Notes: generated from the sequence alone by a model not told the origin. Positions 1 through 13,087 are shown, numbered from the stretch's first letter. The stretch is DNA of 64,000 bases from Octopus vulgaris (GCA_951406725.2 OX597817.1:52266001-52330000), one strand, 5' to 3'. A program made the numbers and translations.

Positions 1-467
1 TCGTGGTACAATGAAATCGAAAATAAACGAGAAAACTGAGAAAGTATTTATTACACGTTATGTATCTGTAGGTATGGGTGACCAAATTATATCACAAACA
101 CGTTGTTACTGGACTGCGGCAAGGCTGGGGCACCACTTTCAGGGGTTGACTTGAAAGAATCAACTCCAGTATTTATTTCAAGGAACATGGAACAAAATTA
201 ATGTCGAATTGCTAAGTTACAGATACGTAAACAAACGTACTTCGATTGTCACGTGGCAAAGGGATACATACGCACGCACACACGATATATGTGTACGTGT
301 GCGCATATACATGCATACATACACACATACATACATACATACCTGCATGCATGCATACATACATACATACATACATGTATATTAATTCACTCCTAATTAC
401 ATTTAGTAACGGTGTCGCGCAGAAGGACTGAACCCGAAATCACATGCCTGCGCCTATATGTATATAT

Positions 468-648
468 TATTGTGTCTGGGGAGAATCATTCTCTTTTAGT
501 ACCTTAATACTTAACACAATCACCGGTTCGATTTCCACTTAATTACTTATTTATAGAAAAACTAAATAAGTAAATGAGTGGAAATCGAAACGGCGAGTGT
601 GTTAAGTAATAAGACACTAAAAGAGAATGACTCACCAGACACAATAAA
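468..648. repeat. Foldback inverted repeat (~85-bp arms), Penelope-like terminal-repeat family
   Basis: ttgtgtctggggagaatcattctcttttagt...atttccactt is the reverse complement of agtggaaatcg...actaaaagagaatgactcaccagacacaa. The same family recurs at 20010-20331 and 28587-28821. Penelope assignment is inferred from the architecture. Confidence 0.7.
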
Positions 649-691
649 ATACACTTCAACAGACGAATCTTACAAAGCGAATACAAAATCG

Positions 692-692
<1 letters not shown>

Positions 693-752
<60 letters not shown>
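693..752. repeat. (TA)n microsatellite; other long (TA)/(CA)/(TACA) tracts at 6860-7220, 9524-9584, 24975-25018, 43830-44500
   Basis: Seen directly; these tracts explain the YI/HT/CV-rich ORFs in the track. Confidence 0.95.
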
Positions 753-754
<2 letters not shown>

Positions 755-1051
755 TATATGTACGTGTGTGTATACACACAAAGGTGTTCTTTTAACGCCC
801 ATGTTCCATGCTGGCATGGATTGGATGGTTGGATAGGAGCTGATGAGCCAGAGAACTGCGCCAAGATCCAATAACTGCGTCAACGTGGTTTCCACAGCTA
901 GATGCCCTTCCTAATGCCAACCATTTGACAGATATACTGGGTACTACCTCCAGCGAAGTCACCAACTAAAAAGAAACAAGACCACTCAACCGAGGTGGAG
1001 GGGGGGTTATTGACTGAGGTGGCTTTATTCCAGGTGATGAGCAGTTACTTG

Positions 1052-1516
1052 CTTAGCATTGAGATTACTCTGTCACAAGGCGGCGAGCTGGCAGAAACGT
1101 TAGAACGCCGGGCGAAATGCGTAGTCGTATTTCTTCTGCCATTACGTTCTGAGTTCAAATTCCGCCGAGGTCGACTTAACCTTTCATCCTTCCGGGGTCG
1201 ATAAATTAAGTACCAGTTACGCACAGGGGTCGATATAATCGACTTAATCCGTTTGTCTGTCCTTGTTTGTCCCCTCTGTGTTTAGCCCCTTGTGGGTAGT
1301 AAAGAAATAGAGATTACTCTGTCAAATGTAAGGCTTATTTATTCACATTGTTTTGACTTGATCATGCATTATCTCCTAGGATCAAGATTTTGAAAATGAT
1401 ATTTATTTTCAGAATGACATTGTGAGGAACTGAATCTGGCCAGTTTGAATGAAAAACAAGAACAAGAGGCAGAATATTCGAGCCTGATATGACCAGTTAA
1501 AATGCTAAAAGGTTAA
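1052..1516 (+). mobile_element. piggyBac-like MITE interrupted by a SINE; relatives at 5738-6325, 8220-8431 (-), 55560-56256
   Basis: Shared internal sequence. Family ends ...aatgctaaa(a/g)ggTTAA and starts (T)AAccctt(t)agcatt. The SINE at 1078-1310 is flanked by a duplicated gagattactctgtca. Confidence 0.65.
1078..1310 (+). mobile_element. tRNA-derived SINE family B (Meta-domain-like); copies at 3753-3965, 11580-11940 (-), 15023-15246 (-), 27889-28121 (-), 34071-34221 (-), 34577-34801 (-)
   Basis: A-box tggcagaaacgttag, B-box gagttcaaattcc, conserved core ctttcatccttccggggtcgataaattaagtaccag; many copies in the window. Confidence 0.85.
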
Positions 1517-2534
1517 AGTACAACAGAGGGAACCCCAGTTGGAAAACTAGATAAGTTAAAGGAAGATAGACTATAAGAGAAGTTTTACAGAGGATTTGAG
1601 AGGATGCACCAAAATAGGACGTATTTGCTTTAAGCATCATAGGTAATGAATCCTTAAAATAAAGAAAACGGGCAGCTGGGATAATGCATCTTTTTACTGT
1701 GATTTTACAGATTCGACTTTTTAATCCCAGATGTTTAAAACATATGACAAATAAGTAAACACTGAAAAATTACATAAGCGGTATGGATTAAAAAAAAAAA
1801 ATCGCCGTCTGCAAAACATACATATCTGAAGAAGTTTGGGACTTTTAGCATACAAGAGCTATTTTCTGACTATTCTTTAGGAACATCAAATGTGTGCCGG
1901 GGGATGTATGCATACACATCCCACTAAGGATGCCACAATGAACATCGCATATCAACGTCTGAGGTTCTAGTGTACAATGAGGAACCTCATGGTAGAGACC
2001 CCTCTCCAGGCATTCCAGGAGACAACCGTTTATATTCTCCCATAGTTCCCGCAAGGGAAATTACTACGTATCTCTAAAACCTGTAGCGGATCTCAGAATA
2101 TCACGACACTTATATAACATACACTCTGTTTTCAACTAAAATGTTTTTCACAATGTCACACCAGAATCTCTTTCCCCCATTTGTTTTTGTAATTTCAATT
2201 AATATCTGTAATCAAGTGGTTTCTGTTTCGTTAGAGAAACACTGTTTCTCAATGAACCTTTCAACTATGTCTGGCATGCAAATCCCTCTATCAATAAACT
2301 CCCTGCTCATGTGCATTGACAGGGCTCTTTCTGTTACTGTCATCTGTGCTCTGTGTTTGAACAAGTGGCTGCAACTGATGGGGAACACAAGACAAGTGAG
2401 AGTGTATACATTAAGAGGAAGCAGTTGAACAGAGAAACTAAGAGAGGGAGGAGGAAGAGAAGCCGGTGAGAGTAAGTGATATGAATATATTTCTACATAT
2501 ATATCATCATTGTCAGTTTCACGTCTGATATATA

Positions 2535-2729
2535 TACTCTTTTATTCTTTTACTCGTTTCAGTCATTTGACTGCAGCCATGCTGGAGCAGCATGTTTAGT
2601 TGAACTAATCGACCCCAGGACTTACTCTTTGTAAGTCTAGTACTTATTCTATTGATCTATTTTGCTGAACACTAAGTTACGGGGACGTAAACATACCAAC
2701 ATTGGTTGTCAAGCAATGGTGGGGGATAA

Positions 2730-2780
<51 letters not shown>

Positions 2781-2940
2781 ACAGGCTTCTTTCAGTTTCC
2801 ATCTACCAAATCCACTCACAAAGCTTTGCTCGGCTCAAGGTTATAGTAGAAGACACTTGCCCAAGGTGCCACGCAGTGGGACTGAACCCAGAACTATGTG
2901 GTTGGGAAAGCAAGCTTCTTACCACACAGCCATGCCTGTG
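2535..2940 (-). mobile_element. tRNA-derived SINE family A; copies at 5835-6206 (-), 18626-19021 (+), 21015-21418 (-), 25097-25400 (+), 31445-31828 (-), 41996-42300 (-), 42789-43107 (-), 53780-54155 (+)
   Basis: Head gtggctgtgtggtaag...gggttcagtccc (A/B boxes), internal (TA/TG)n, tail aaacaagtaaaagagt; highly similar copies. Confidence 0.85.
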
Positions 2941-5900
2941 CACACACACAAACAAAATATCCAGGAGTCCATGGATATTTGTATATAAATATATACATCT
3001 GTGCGCATGTGCAAGCACATGAATGACTATGAGCATGCATGCAAATGTATGTGTATTTACATATGCATGCATGTTATCATCTTCCTCCTCATATAAGATC
3101 CACTTTCCATGCTGGCATGAGTTGGACAGTTTGACACAAGATGGCAAGTCAGAAGGCTGCACCAGGCTTCACTGTCTGTTTTGGCATGGTTTCTATAGCT
3201 GGATGTCCTTCCTGATGGCAACCACCTGACAGAGTGGACTTAGTGCTTTTTATGTGGCACTAGCACTGGCAGGGTCAGCTTTGGCATGGTTTTTACAGCT
3301 GCATGCCCTTCCAAATGCTAATCATTTTACAATGTGGATTGGATGCTTTTTATGTGGCACCAGCACTGGAGGGGTCACCAAGTAACTCACATAAAAATCC
3401 TTTGAGGCGGGGTACTGGAGGAGGTGACCTTGTGTCAGATGAGGGGTATGACAGAGACAGAAACAGTGTATATGTATATATCTATAAATATCTCTCAAGG
3501 AATGGTTGGCATTAGGAAGGGCATCCAACCGTAGAAACATTGCCAGATCAGACTGGGCCTGGTGCAGCCTTCTGGCTTCCCGGACCCCAGTTGAACCGTC
3601 CAACCCATGCCAGCATGGAAAGCGGACGCTAAATGATGATGATGATGAAATATGTGGATATATGTACATATTACAATACAATGGGATCCTTCAAAAAACA
3701 AGGTTTTACACAACCTTGTTGATTTAGTGAGGAATATTATATTTCTAGTTTTAAGGCGGTGGGCTGGTAGAAACATTAGCACGCTGGGCAAAATGCTTAC
3801 TGGTATTTCATCAGTCTTTACATTCTGAGTTCAAATTCCGCTGAAATTGACTTTGCCTTTCATCCTTTCTGGGTCGATAAATTAAGTACCAATTGCGTAC
3901 TGAGTCGATCTAATCAACTGGCCCCTCTCCAAAAATTTCGGGCCTTGTGCCTAGAGTAGAAAAGAATATATTTCTAGTTTTGAGATGATCAAGGCAGCAA
4001 CTCACCCCCATTTCACCATGCCAGCAGACAGCCTTTAGGTGGAACCTAGAAATGATCCAGGATCTGTCCTTTATGGTATCATTATTTTCAGTTTTAGCAA
4101 ATATCTTTGCTTGTATTTGTTTTCTGTCTCGTATCAGTTGTTCTGCTTGTTGGTGCTTCTCTCAGACTTCACCATGGCTAGCTGTATTATCTTCACCTTT
4201 GCATTCAGTCATGATTTTGGCAGGCAAGTCAGGACCATTTCCACTTTTTTGGCATCTTACACAAGCATACTGGTAGCATGTGCCTTCTGGCCATCTAAGA
4301 AACATAAGAAATTTCTTTCACAGCTGATTTCTTTCTCAATGCTTGCCTCTTCTTCACCAATCACAATGCTCTCTAACAAGACCTATATGGCTTGAAGAAG
4401 GCATAAGAATCAAACAATGCTTTCCTTTTTCATTAGACCTATAGAAGCTATAGAGTTTCAGGGTCTCTATAATCAAATTGCTGGATGGAAGTGCTTAGCC
4501 ACATTCCATCATCATCATCGTTTAACATCCACTTTCCATGCTAGCATGGGTTGGACGATTTTGACTGAGGGCTGGCGAACCAGATGGTTACACCAGGCTC
4601 CAATCTTGATCTGGTAGAGTTTTTACAGCTGGATGCCCTTCCTAATGCCAACCACTCTGAGAGCGTAGTGGGTGCTTTTTACGTGCCACCAGCACGGGGG
4701 CCAGTCAGGTGGTACTGGCAATGACCTTGCTCGAATCTTTTTACAGGTGCCAGTAAGGCGATGTTGGTAACGATCACACTCAAATGGTGCCCTTTTACGT
4801 GCCACGACACAGGGACCAAGAAAATGCAAATTTCTTCCACCTGTCAATTTTGTTGCTTCAAGAAATTATAAGATTTCTCTTTCTATAAAATTGGCTTTAT
4901 GAAGAAGGTTCTTTTGCAAAACATGCATGGGCACTTAGATGTAGGGGAAATAATCCCTTTTCATAGTAAGGGGATTTACTTATAAGATGAAATGGATCGG
5001 TTGGCTAAAATGTATTTCTCATCATAAGGACAAGAGGATAATATTTCACATTTGCAGTTCAGACATATTCTTCAATCACTGTATTCAACCTTGACAAGGA
5101 AATATTTTTGCTTGTTTAATTATCTAAAAGTATGATAATAAGAAGCATGGAAAGACAGACCGACAGTTAAGAAACAGACATAAGACAGACGAGCATGTTT
5201 TAGATTAGACAGAAAATATAAAGAAAAAGAACTTTTTGAAAGACTGAAGAAAACAGAATACAACGGAGAAGAGTGATTAATTGTTAAACAAATTTGTCTA
5301 TTTCACTAAATTGACAGAATCATTTTGTAGGCTTATATTTATTCTGTTAAAGAATAGATGTATTTAGTTGCTAGATAGAAACAATATTTATATATTAAAT
5401 TACTGAATTACTTTGTCACAGAATTAAAGTATTTACCTTTGTTTAAATAAATAGCAAAATAGATTTACCTACAAGTTTATTAATTTCAGAAAGGTAAAAG
5501 GATATTATTCATATATAATAAAAGATAACAGCGGCTATTTATTACGATAATACATTTGTCTATTTATTAATTTTCTTAGAAGAAGCTTATTTCAATTTGT
5601 TCAGAGTCAAAGGAGAAACCTGTCAAGAAGGAAACAGAAAATCAGAAGAAAAAATCAATAACACGGGAGTAAGAAAATATAAAGATTACTTTATAGGTTG
5701 CTTTCATAAACTAAAATAATTAAAAAGTTTCTTACCACAAACCCTTTAAGCATTCTGATTACTCAGCCAAAATTCACATTGTTTTGAATTAATTATGCAT
5801 TAAGCTCATAGATTCTAAATTTTGATGGTGTGATCTCTTTTACTCTTTTATTTGTTTCAGTCATTTAACTGTGGCCATGCTGGAGCACCACCTTTGGTCA

Positions 5901-6583
5901 AGCAAATCGACCCCAGGACTTATTCTTTGTAAGCCTAGTACTTATTCTATCGGTCTCTTTTGCCAAACCGCTAAGTTACAGGGACATAAACACACCAGCA
6001 TCGGTTGTCAAGCGATGTTGGGGGAACAAACATACATATATACGACGGGCTTCTTTCAGTTTCCGTCTACCAAATCCACTCACAAGGCTTTGGTCGGCCC
6101 GAGGCTATAGTAGAAGACACTTGCCCAAGATGTCACGCAGTGGGACTGAACCCGGAACCATGTGGTTGGTAAGCAAGCTACTTACCACACAGCCACTCCT
6201 ACGCCTGTTTTATTTTTAGAATGACATTGTAGGTTTGGTATGAGAGGCTGAATCTAGATGGTTTAAACATAAAGTACATAGAATATTTGGGCCAGATATG
6301 GCTTGTTTGAATGCTAAAGGGTTAATTAAAAGATGTAAAAAACGAATGCCTGTTCCATTAATTCCTTATTTATAAACCCCAAAGGTTTATTAACTACACA
6401 TCTATTCTATGAGTTACTGAAGAAATAAACTGAGTTTGTAGATGCTTTACAACGTAACAATTTGCAAAAGACTTCAGTTGATACTGGAGCGGATTTCAGT
6501 TGATAAACTATAGGCAATGCTAAGACAACAAAAGAATGAAAGAGACCTCAATATCATGTAAACAGAGGAATTTATTTGTTAAT

Positions 6584-6792
6584 ATAATGTGACAATTATT
6601 TGGTAGCCATGATAAAACTCAGAGTTTCGGATGTCAGGTCAGAAATCCGAACTAGCATCTCTCCAGTTATCAGGCCATCAAAAAAGGCATTTTTTGACAG
6701 CCTGATAACTGAAGAGATGCTGGTGCGAGTTTCCGACTGGACACCCAAAACCCTAAGTTTTATCATGGCTACCGAATAATTGTCACATATTA
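6584..6792. mobile_element. Penelope-type inverted repeat; each arm has a decayed hammerhead (6611-6671 minus, 6704-6764 plus)
   Basis: ~100-bp arms. Inferred consensus gataa-CTGAAGA-gatg..catc-c-GAAAC-tctga-GTT-ttatc. Minus arm has CTGGAGA; plus arm has AAAAC instead of GAAAC. Confidence 0.6.
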
Positions 6793-6887
6793 TCATCATC
6801 ATCATCATCATCATCATTTAACGTCCGTTCTCCATGCTAGCATGGGTTGGGCGGTTCATATATATATAATATGTGCCAATTATTTGG

Positions 6888-6919
<32 letters not shown>

Positions 6920-7519
6920 TATATAAATATGCATATATAGTTGGAATTTACAAAAAAAAACAGGATGAAGACAGGTGTGTAAACAACAGATGTATCAGTT
7001 TACACACATAGTATACACATATATATACATAAATAAATGTATACATATATATACACACATATATATGCATATATATATACACGCACATATATATATATAC
7101 ATACATATACACACACACATATATATATATATATACATACACACACACACATATATATATATACACATATACATACATATATAAATATATACACACACAC
7201 AAACATGTATACAAATACACAGTGAAAGTAAAATATATAAAGAAAGTGAAACCTATTAAAACAAGCTTCTTAACCACACACCAACACACACAATTGAGTA
7301 AAATTCACAGAAGTGGGACATGAATTATTTCATTTGTTGACAGCTGTTTCATAATCTTAATCCAGTTACATCAGCAAAGCTAAAGTATCCTACACACATA
7401 AATATGCCTATAGATGCACATATATAGTTGTGTTGTAACAATGAATAAGATTTTATGGGCTTACCATGAGTTCTGTTTTATTTTTTGAATCCCTATTCGT
7501 GTGTGTGTGTATTCATAAA

Positions 7520-7900
7520 TTACTACAGCACTCCACTGGTTAATACAAAGAGGGTTCCAGTTGATCCTATCAACAGAACAGCCTCCTCGTGAAATTAATG
7601 TGCAAGTGGCTGAGCACTCCAGATATGTGTACCCTTAATATAGTTATCAGGGAGATTCAGTGTGACACAAGGTGTGACAAGGCTGGCCCTTTGAAAAACA
7701 GGCATAACAGAAACAGGAAGAGTGAGAGAAAGTTGTAGTGAAAGGGTACAGAAGGGTTTGCCACCACCACCTGCTGGAGCCTTGTGGAGCTTTAAATGTT
7801 TTCACTCAATAAACACTCACATATGCCTGGTCTGGGAATTGAAACTGCAATCTTATGACAGCAAGTCAGTTGCCCTAACGACTGGGCCATTGTGCCTTCA
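7520..7900 (-). mobile_element. tRNA-derived SINE family C and relatives; copies at 19040-19260 (+), 28300-28572 (-), 33270-33540 (+), 34900-35165 (+), 59870-60130 (-), 60200-60435 (-), 63820-64000 (-)
   Basis: Head ggcgcgtggcttagtggttagg...gtttcgattcc followed by ttgtgttcttgagcaaa(a/t)cacttcatttcac. Confidence 0.7.
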
Positions 7901-8079
7901 CATTCATAAATAATAAGGTGGAAAGAAAGTCCTGTCACATTTTTGGCATGATCAATTTGACGGTAGTTTTTCAATACTTACAAAAAAATTAACATTAACT
8001 TTTAAATTCTGTCTTCTCCTTTCTCTGCTGATTATTTTATACCAGGATGATTAAATTTGTATGAATTTTACTCTTTTAA

Positions 8080-8985
8080 AAGGAGTTTAGATCAGATCCA
8101 TATCAGATATTGCATGCTGTTTGAATTTATAAAGAGCTTTTCAGCAACAGAAGCAGCAAGAAATATTCATTCTGTCTATGGAAATGAATGTTATAAGTAT
8201 CAGGACATGCCAACAATGGTTTAGCCAGTTTTTCCAGCCAAAATATTCTGACTGTTTTATGTTGAAAGTGGCCAGATCTGGCCTCTCACACCTCCTCTAC
8301 AATGCCACTCTCAGACTAAATAATCACATCACTGAAATCTCAAAGTTATGAGACAATGCATGATTAATTGAAAACAAGGTGGATAAATAAGCACTGCATT
8401 TAACACAGTTATCTGAATGCTAAAGGGTTAAAGAGTAGACTGGCTGCTGAACCTTTCTTGGGTAGAATCATCACAAGTGATGAAAAATAGGATCTCTATA
8501 ATCATATCCAATGAAAATGACAATGATTAACTTCCAATGAAAAAGAAGAATCTGTCCCCAAACCAGAATTAGACATAAAACAAGTTATGTTGTGTTTGAC
8601 TTGACTTGAGACAGCATTCACCCAGGGTGGGTTGAGCTGGCTTCATTCATCCTCAATGCTGCATCTCTCACAAACGCCGACCAGACCTGGCGATTTGAGG
8701 CTAACGACCGCGTGATCTCCAACCATTCCTTATTCCAGCGGCGAACACCGTAGATATGGGGGCCTAGGTCGGGTTCCAGATCAGCCAGGTTTTCCGTTGT
8801 CCACCACATCATTTTCGCCAACCCTGAAGAGCTGGGGCAATTGCTTCATAGATGAATTCTCCTGGTTGACGACGGAAGGCATGACCCCAGCCAACGCAGA
8901 CTTGATCCTTCAAATATTCCTATGTTGTGTTTGGTGAGATATGAAGGGTGCCATTTATCATGACATGTTAAAGCAAAACAAGTGT
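8080..8985 (+). pseudogene. Decayed mariner transposase, split by a MITE and an RTE fragment
   Basis: Translatable patches IRYCMLFEF..SATEAARNIHSVYG, FLGRIITSDEK and VMLCVW*DMKGAIYHDML. Confidence 0.7.
8599..8920 (-). mobile_element. 5'-truncated RTE-type LINE 3' end with 13-bp TSD
   Basis: WLEITRSLASNRQVWSAFV C-terminus, (CAAGT)n tail, TATGTTGTGTTTG duplicated at 8586-8598 and 8921-8933. Confidence 0.75.
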
Positions 8986-9039
8986 TCTTTTGTTTAGGAG
9001 TAACACTCCTTTATGAATGACCAATGATGAGTGCATTAT

Positions 9040-9520
9040 CTTGTGATTCCGCTGGTCCAGTGGTTTCCCTTCATGGCAGAATTAATAGTCAGGACTATTT
9101 AAGCATTTTATCAGATCAAATTCATCCTATGTTTGCAGAACTGTTTCCAGAGGGAAACGCAATCTTTCAGGATGATAATGCACACAGCTAAAGTTGTTAC
9201 TGAATGGCACGAGCAACATTCTAGTGAAGTTGAACATCTTATCTGGCCACCACAGTCCCCAGATCTCAATATTATTGAACATTTATGGTGCATTTTAGAA
9301 AAGCAAGTAAGGAGCCAATGTCCTCCACCAACATCACTACAAGAACTGGAGACTGTTTTAGCTGAGGAATGGACAAAAATTCCTTTGGAAACAATTCAAA
9401 CTTTGTATGAGTCCATACCTTGTAGAATTCAAGCTGTAATTACTACCAAAAGCAGTCCTACCCTATATTAAAATGAATTTGTTTGAAACTTTAAGGTGTT
9501 TCCATTATTTTGCCCAACCC

Positions 9521-9523
<3 letters not shown>
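9040..9523 (+). mobile_element. Tc1-like transposon 3' half
   Basis: WPPQSPDLNIIEHLW motif (ORF 9133-9471); ends ...caacccctg|TA. Confidence 0.85.
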
Positions 9524-9588
<65 letters not shown>

Positions 9589-10172
9589 GGTAAAATGTCT
9601 GTTGTTTATACAAATCCACAATTTTTCAGTTAGAGGGCTCGCACTTTCTATGGTCATTCAAAACCATCCAAGGGTGGTCGTGTATATCTTTACATTTCCC
9701 CAGTCACACCACAAAGCCATTAAAAAATCAATAGAAGTGACTGTTTTGTGAATTTTCTATCCAAAACCCAATCAAAATGCTCGAAACTTGATATGCCAAT
9801 TGAATGCCAGCTAGCTGTAGGTGATTGGTCAGAGATTTGGACAGTACTCGCGTGTATGTGCATGCACTAGCACTATGACCCAGCGTTATGACCCATACTA
9901 TATATATATAGTAGAAATGGAACAAGGAGAATAAGCGACAGATTGATTGGACAACTGGAGATGTTTCAACAGGTGGACAAAAATTCAAAAGATATTGGTT
10001 GAAATGTAAACAAAGAATACATAAAATGTTATGCACAGCGAATAGCAGACTGAAAGAAAGCAAAAGAAGAAACAGGCTGACATTTTGGGTGAACCCTTTA
10101 TCAAAGTGGAGCAAGAAAGGAATAAGCAAGAAAAAAGAAACAAGAATATGTGGAGTATGTGCATAACATATC

Positions 10173-10204
<32 letters not shown>

Positions 10205-10296
10205 CATAGTGGGACTGAACCTGGAATCATGTAGTTAGTAAGCAAACCACTTAACACACAGCCACTCCTGCACCAATATATATATATATATATATA

Positions 10297-10870
10297 TCAT
10301 CATTTAACGTCCGCTTTCCATGCTAGAATGGGTTGGACGATTTGACTGAGGGCTGGCGAACCAGATGGCTGCACCAGGCTCCAATCTGATCTGGCAAAGT
10401 TTCTACAGCTGGATGCCCTTCCTAATGCCAACCACTCCAGGAGTGTAGTGGGTGCTTTGTATGTGCTACCGGCACAGGGCCAGTCAGGCTGTACTGGCAA
10501 CGACCACGCTCATATGGTGTTTTTTATGTGCCACTGGCACTGGCAACAACCTTGCTTGAATGTTTTTTCACGTGCCAGTAAGACGATGCAGGTAATGATC
10601 ACGCTCGAATGGTGTGTTTTACGTGACACCAGCACGGAGGCCAGATAGCCATTCTGGCAATGATCAGGCTCGGATGGTGCTCTTAATACCTTACTAGCAC
10701 GGGGCTCGAGTGCCAGTAATGCGACGCTGGTAACGATCACGCACCAATGGTAACTTTTAAGTGCCACTGGCATGGAAGCCAGTTAGCCGCTCTGTCAATG
10801 ATCACACTCATTTGGTGATCTTTGCACCCCGCTAGCATGGACGCCAGTCATCGAATTTGATTTTGATTTT
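10297..10870 (-). mobile_element. RTE LINE 3'-UTR-only insertion with (GAT)n tail; many similar copies (e.g. 3495-3648, 4507-4815, 13812-14100, 20640-21012, 31910-32330, 45870-46185, 48451-48588, 57257-57468, 60465-60955)
   Basis: Matches the 3' UTR of the long RTE copy (52385-52925): ggttggcgttaggaagggcatccag...catgctagcatggaaagcggacgttaaacgatgatgat. Confidence 0.85.
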
Positions 10871-10874
10871 TGAT

Positions 10875-11160
10875 TGAATGAAAATGGCAAAGCAAAGATT
10901 CTCTTAGACTTTGACATACAGACAGACTAGGTGTTAGGGCACTGAAGGTTAGATATAGTAGCCTTTAAGAGGGACAACAGTGCCTAACAATTAACATAGC
11001 ATTGCCAGGAGATCAACATGTTGTCATGAAAGAGAAATGGTTGACAATATGAAGACTTGAAAATTGACTCTCACAGCTACCACATCTTGTCATTGGAGCA
11101 TTGGGTACAATACCACCCAACCTGAAGAAACATTTGGACACTTTAGAAATAGCCTACATC
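10875..11160 (+). mobile_element. Decayed RLE-type (R4/Dong-like) LINE C-terminal fragment
   Basis: ENGKAKILLDFDIQTD*VLGH*RLDIV resembles the KILWDFxIQTD..RPDI endonuclease motif. Confidence 0.55.
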
Positions 11161-12671
11161 ATCATCTTCATCGTCGTTTTACGTCTGCTTTCCATGATGG
11201 CATGGGTTGGCAAGCCAGGAAATGCACCAGGCTCCAATCCGATCTGGTATTGTTTCTACAGCTGGATACCCTTCCTAAAGCCAACCACTCCGAGTGTCGT
11301 GGGTGCTTTTTATGTTCCACCAGCACAAGGGCCAGTCAGGCGGTACTGGCATCAGCCACGCTTGAATGTTGCATTTCACATGCCACCAGCATGAGAGCCA
11401 GTCAAGCGGCACTGGCAATGACCACACTCAAATGGTGCTTTCTGTGTGCCATGGCTTTACTTGGAACTGCACACATACTGCATAAAGTGATGTCTGTCTG
11501 AGGCCCTTGTGACTTGACAGCCAGCACAAAACCCTAGTACACACAATATTGAATACTGCGTAACATCATCAATAATAATAATCCTTTCTACTATATAAGT
11601 ACAAGGCCCTAAATTTTGGGGGAGGGGCTAGTTAATTACATCAACCCCAGTGCTCAACTGGTACTCATTTTATCAACCCCAAAAGAATGAAAGACCAAGT
11701 TGGCCTTGTTGGAATTTGAACTCAGAATATATATGGATGAAATGCTGCTAAGGATTTTGCCAGGTGTGCTAACTATTCTACCAGCTTGCTACTCTTATAG
11801 AAAATATAGGTACAAAGCCTGAAATTTGGTGGGATAGGACTAGTTGATGACACCGATCCCAGTGCTCAGCTGGTACATACTGACCCAGAAAGGATGAAAG
11901 CAAAGTCAACCTCAGCAGAATTTGAACACAGAACATAAAAAGCCACAAGAAATGCCTGTATACATAGATACATGTCCTCTAATAATATCCTCTATGTGTT
12001 ACCCAGTTTTAGCTATCTATATTTCAGTTTCTTAAAGAATATACCCAGTTTGTTTTTGCTCATGTTGTACAACCAGACATGAACTCAAATATATAAAGAA
12101 ATGTTATCATCCTCATCATCGTTTAACGTTCGTTTTCCATGCTAGCATGGGTTGGACGGTTCGACCGGGGTCTGGGAAGCCAGGAGGCTGCACCAAGCGA
12201 GGCTGGCAACGGCCATGATCGGTTGGTGCCTTTTACATGCCACTGGCTCGGAAGCCAGTCAAGGCGGCGGCCAGTGGTAAACAAAACTAATTCTATTAGG
12301 TCAAGCTACTATGCAGAGGCCTCCCTTGTTGGATCACACACATATATACATACAACATATATACTTAAATATAAAGCAAGACACACAGGTGCATCATGAA
12401 AAGCCTTTGTCTGGTGATTTTAGAGGGTGTAGCCATCTAGTCTTTTTCTTTGGCCCAGTGTGTTTGTGTATATACACACATAATAGGATATGATTTGAGT
12501 GATATTTGGCTACTATTTCAAAGTGTTGCAGGAGCAAACACAAACCAAACTTTTAAGTCATTGCTATTGTCATGTGTGTTGCAAATATTAAGAAAGGATT
12601 CGATTGGTTAAACAATTTCAGTACATAGTCCAATTAGTGAGCAGTGTAATTTAACAAAGTCCAATTAAATT

Positions 12672-13087
12672 AAACCACTCTATCGCTCCACCGCCGCTCA
12701 TGTCTCTTTGAGACATTTAGAAATTCAATATTTCTAATTACGGTGACCAGTGAATAGATTTCACTGTAAATATATATATTTGCGAAGGCTTGGCAGGTAT
12801 CTCAACTAGCAGGACTTGCTACCCTGGACTGATGATGGGCAAGACCCAGAAACATGCATGTCTTCAGGTTGCTAGTCCTAGCTGGTGGGGGTGCTTGCCT
12901 CCCCTTCGCAAATATAAGAACACAGGAAATGTGTCAAAGCCAACAGGAAGCGTCAATGCTTCCTAGGGCTAAATAGCGGTGATGTAATTCCCTTTACGGG
13001 GACTGTCATTTTATGTTGACAGTATACAACCACTCTATCGCTCCACCACTGCTCATGTCTCTTAGAGACATTTAGAAATTCAATATT
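12672..13087 (+). mobile_element. Non-LTR retrozyme-like element (355-bp unit plus 62-bp terminal redundancy, 12-bp TSD)
   Basis: Direct repeats 12673-12734 and 13028-13089 (3 mismatches); TCCAATTAAATT at 12660-12671 and 13088-13099; internal hammerhead; no ORF. Confidence 0.8.
12823..12868 (+). ncRNA. Type I hammerhead ribozyme, intact core
   Basis: Stem I cctgga/ttcagg; CTGATGA 12829-12835; stem II tggg/ccca; GAAA 12849-12852; palindromic stem III acatgcatgt; predicted GUC cleavage after 12862. Confidence 0.85.

Noticed and set aside
246-895. YI/HT/CV-rich ORFs here and at 6948-7289, 16292-16619, 43826-44453 and elsewhere
   Set aside because: Translations of (TA)n, (CA)n and (TACA)n microsatellites.
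1845-2428. ORFs in apparently unique sequence
   Set aside because: No recognisable motifs or paired splice sites; probably decayed transposon sequence.
4039-4440. Hydrophobic 118-aa ORF
   Set aside because: Likely the antisense reading of a purine-rich, stop-interrupted LINE remnant.
10068-10110. Minus-strand TTGATAAAGGG-ttca-CCCAAAATGTC hammerhead relic; similar relics at 48346-48382 and 54765-54800
   Set aside because: Core too mutated to call a ribozyme; noted only as PLE debris.
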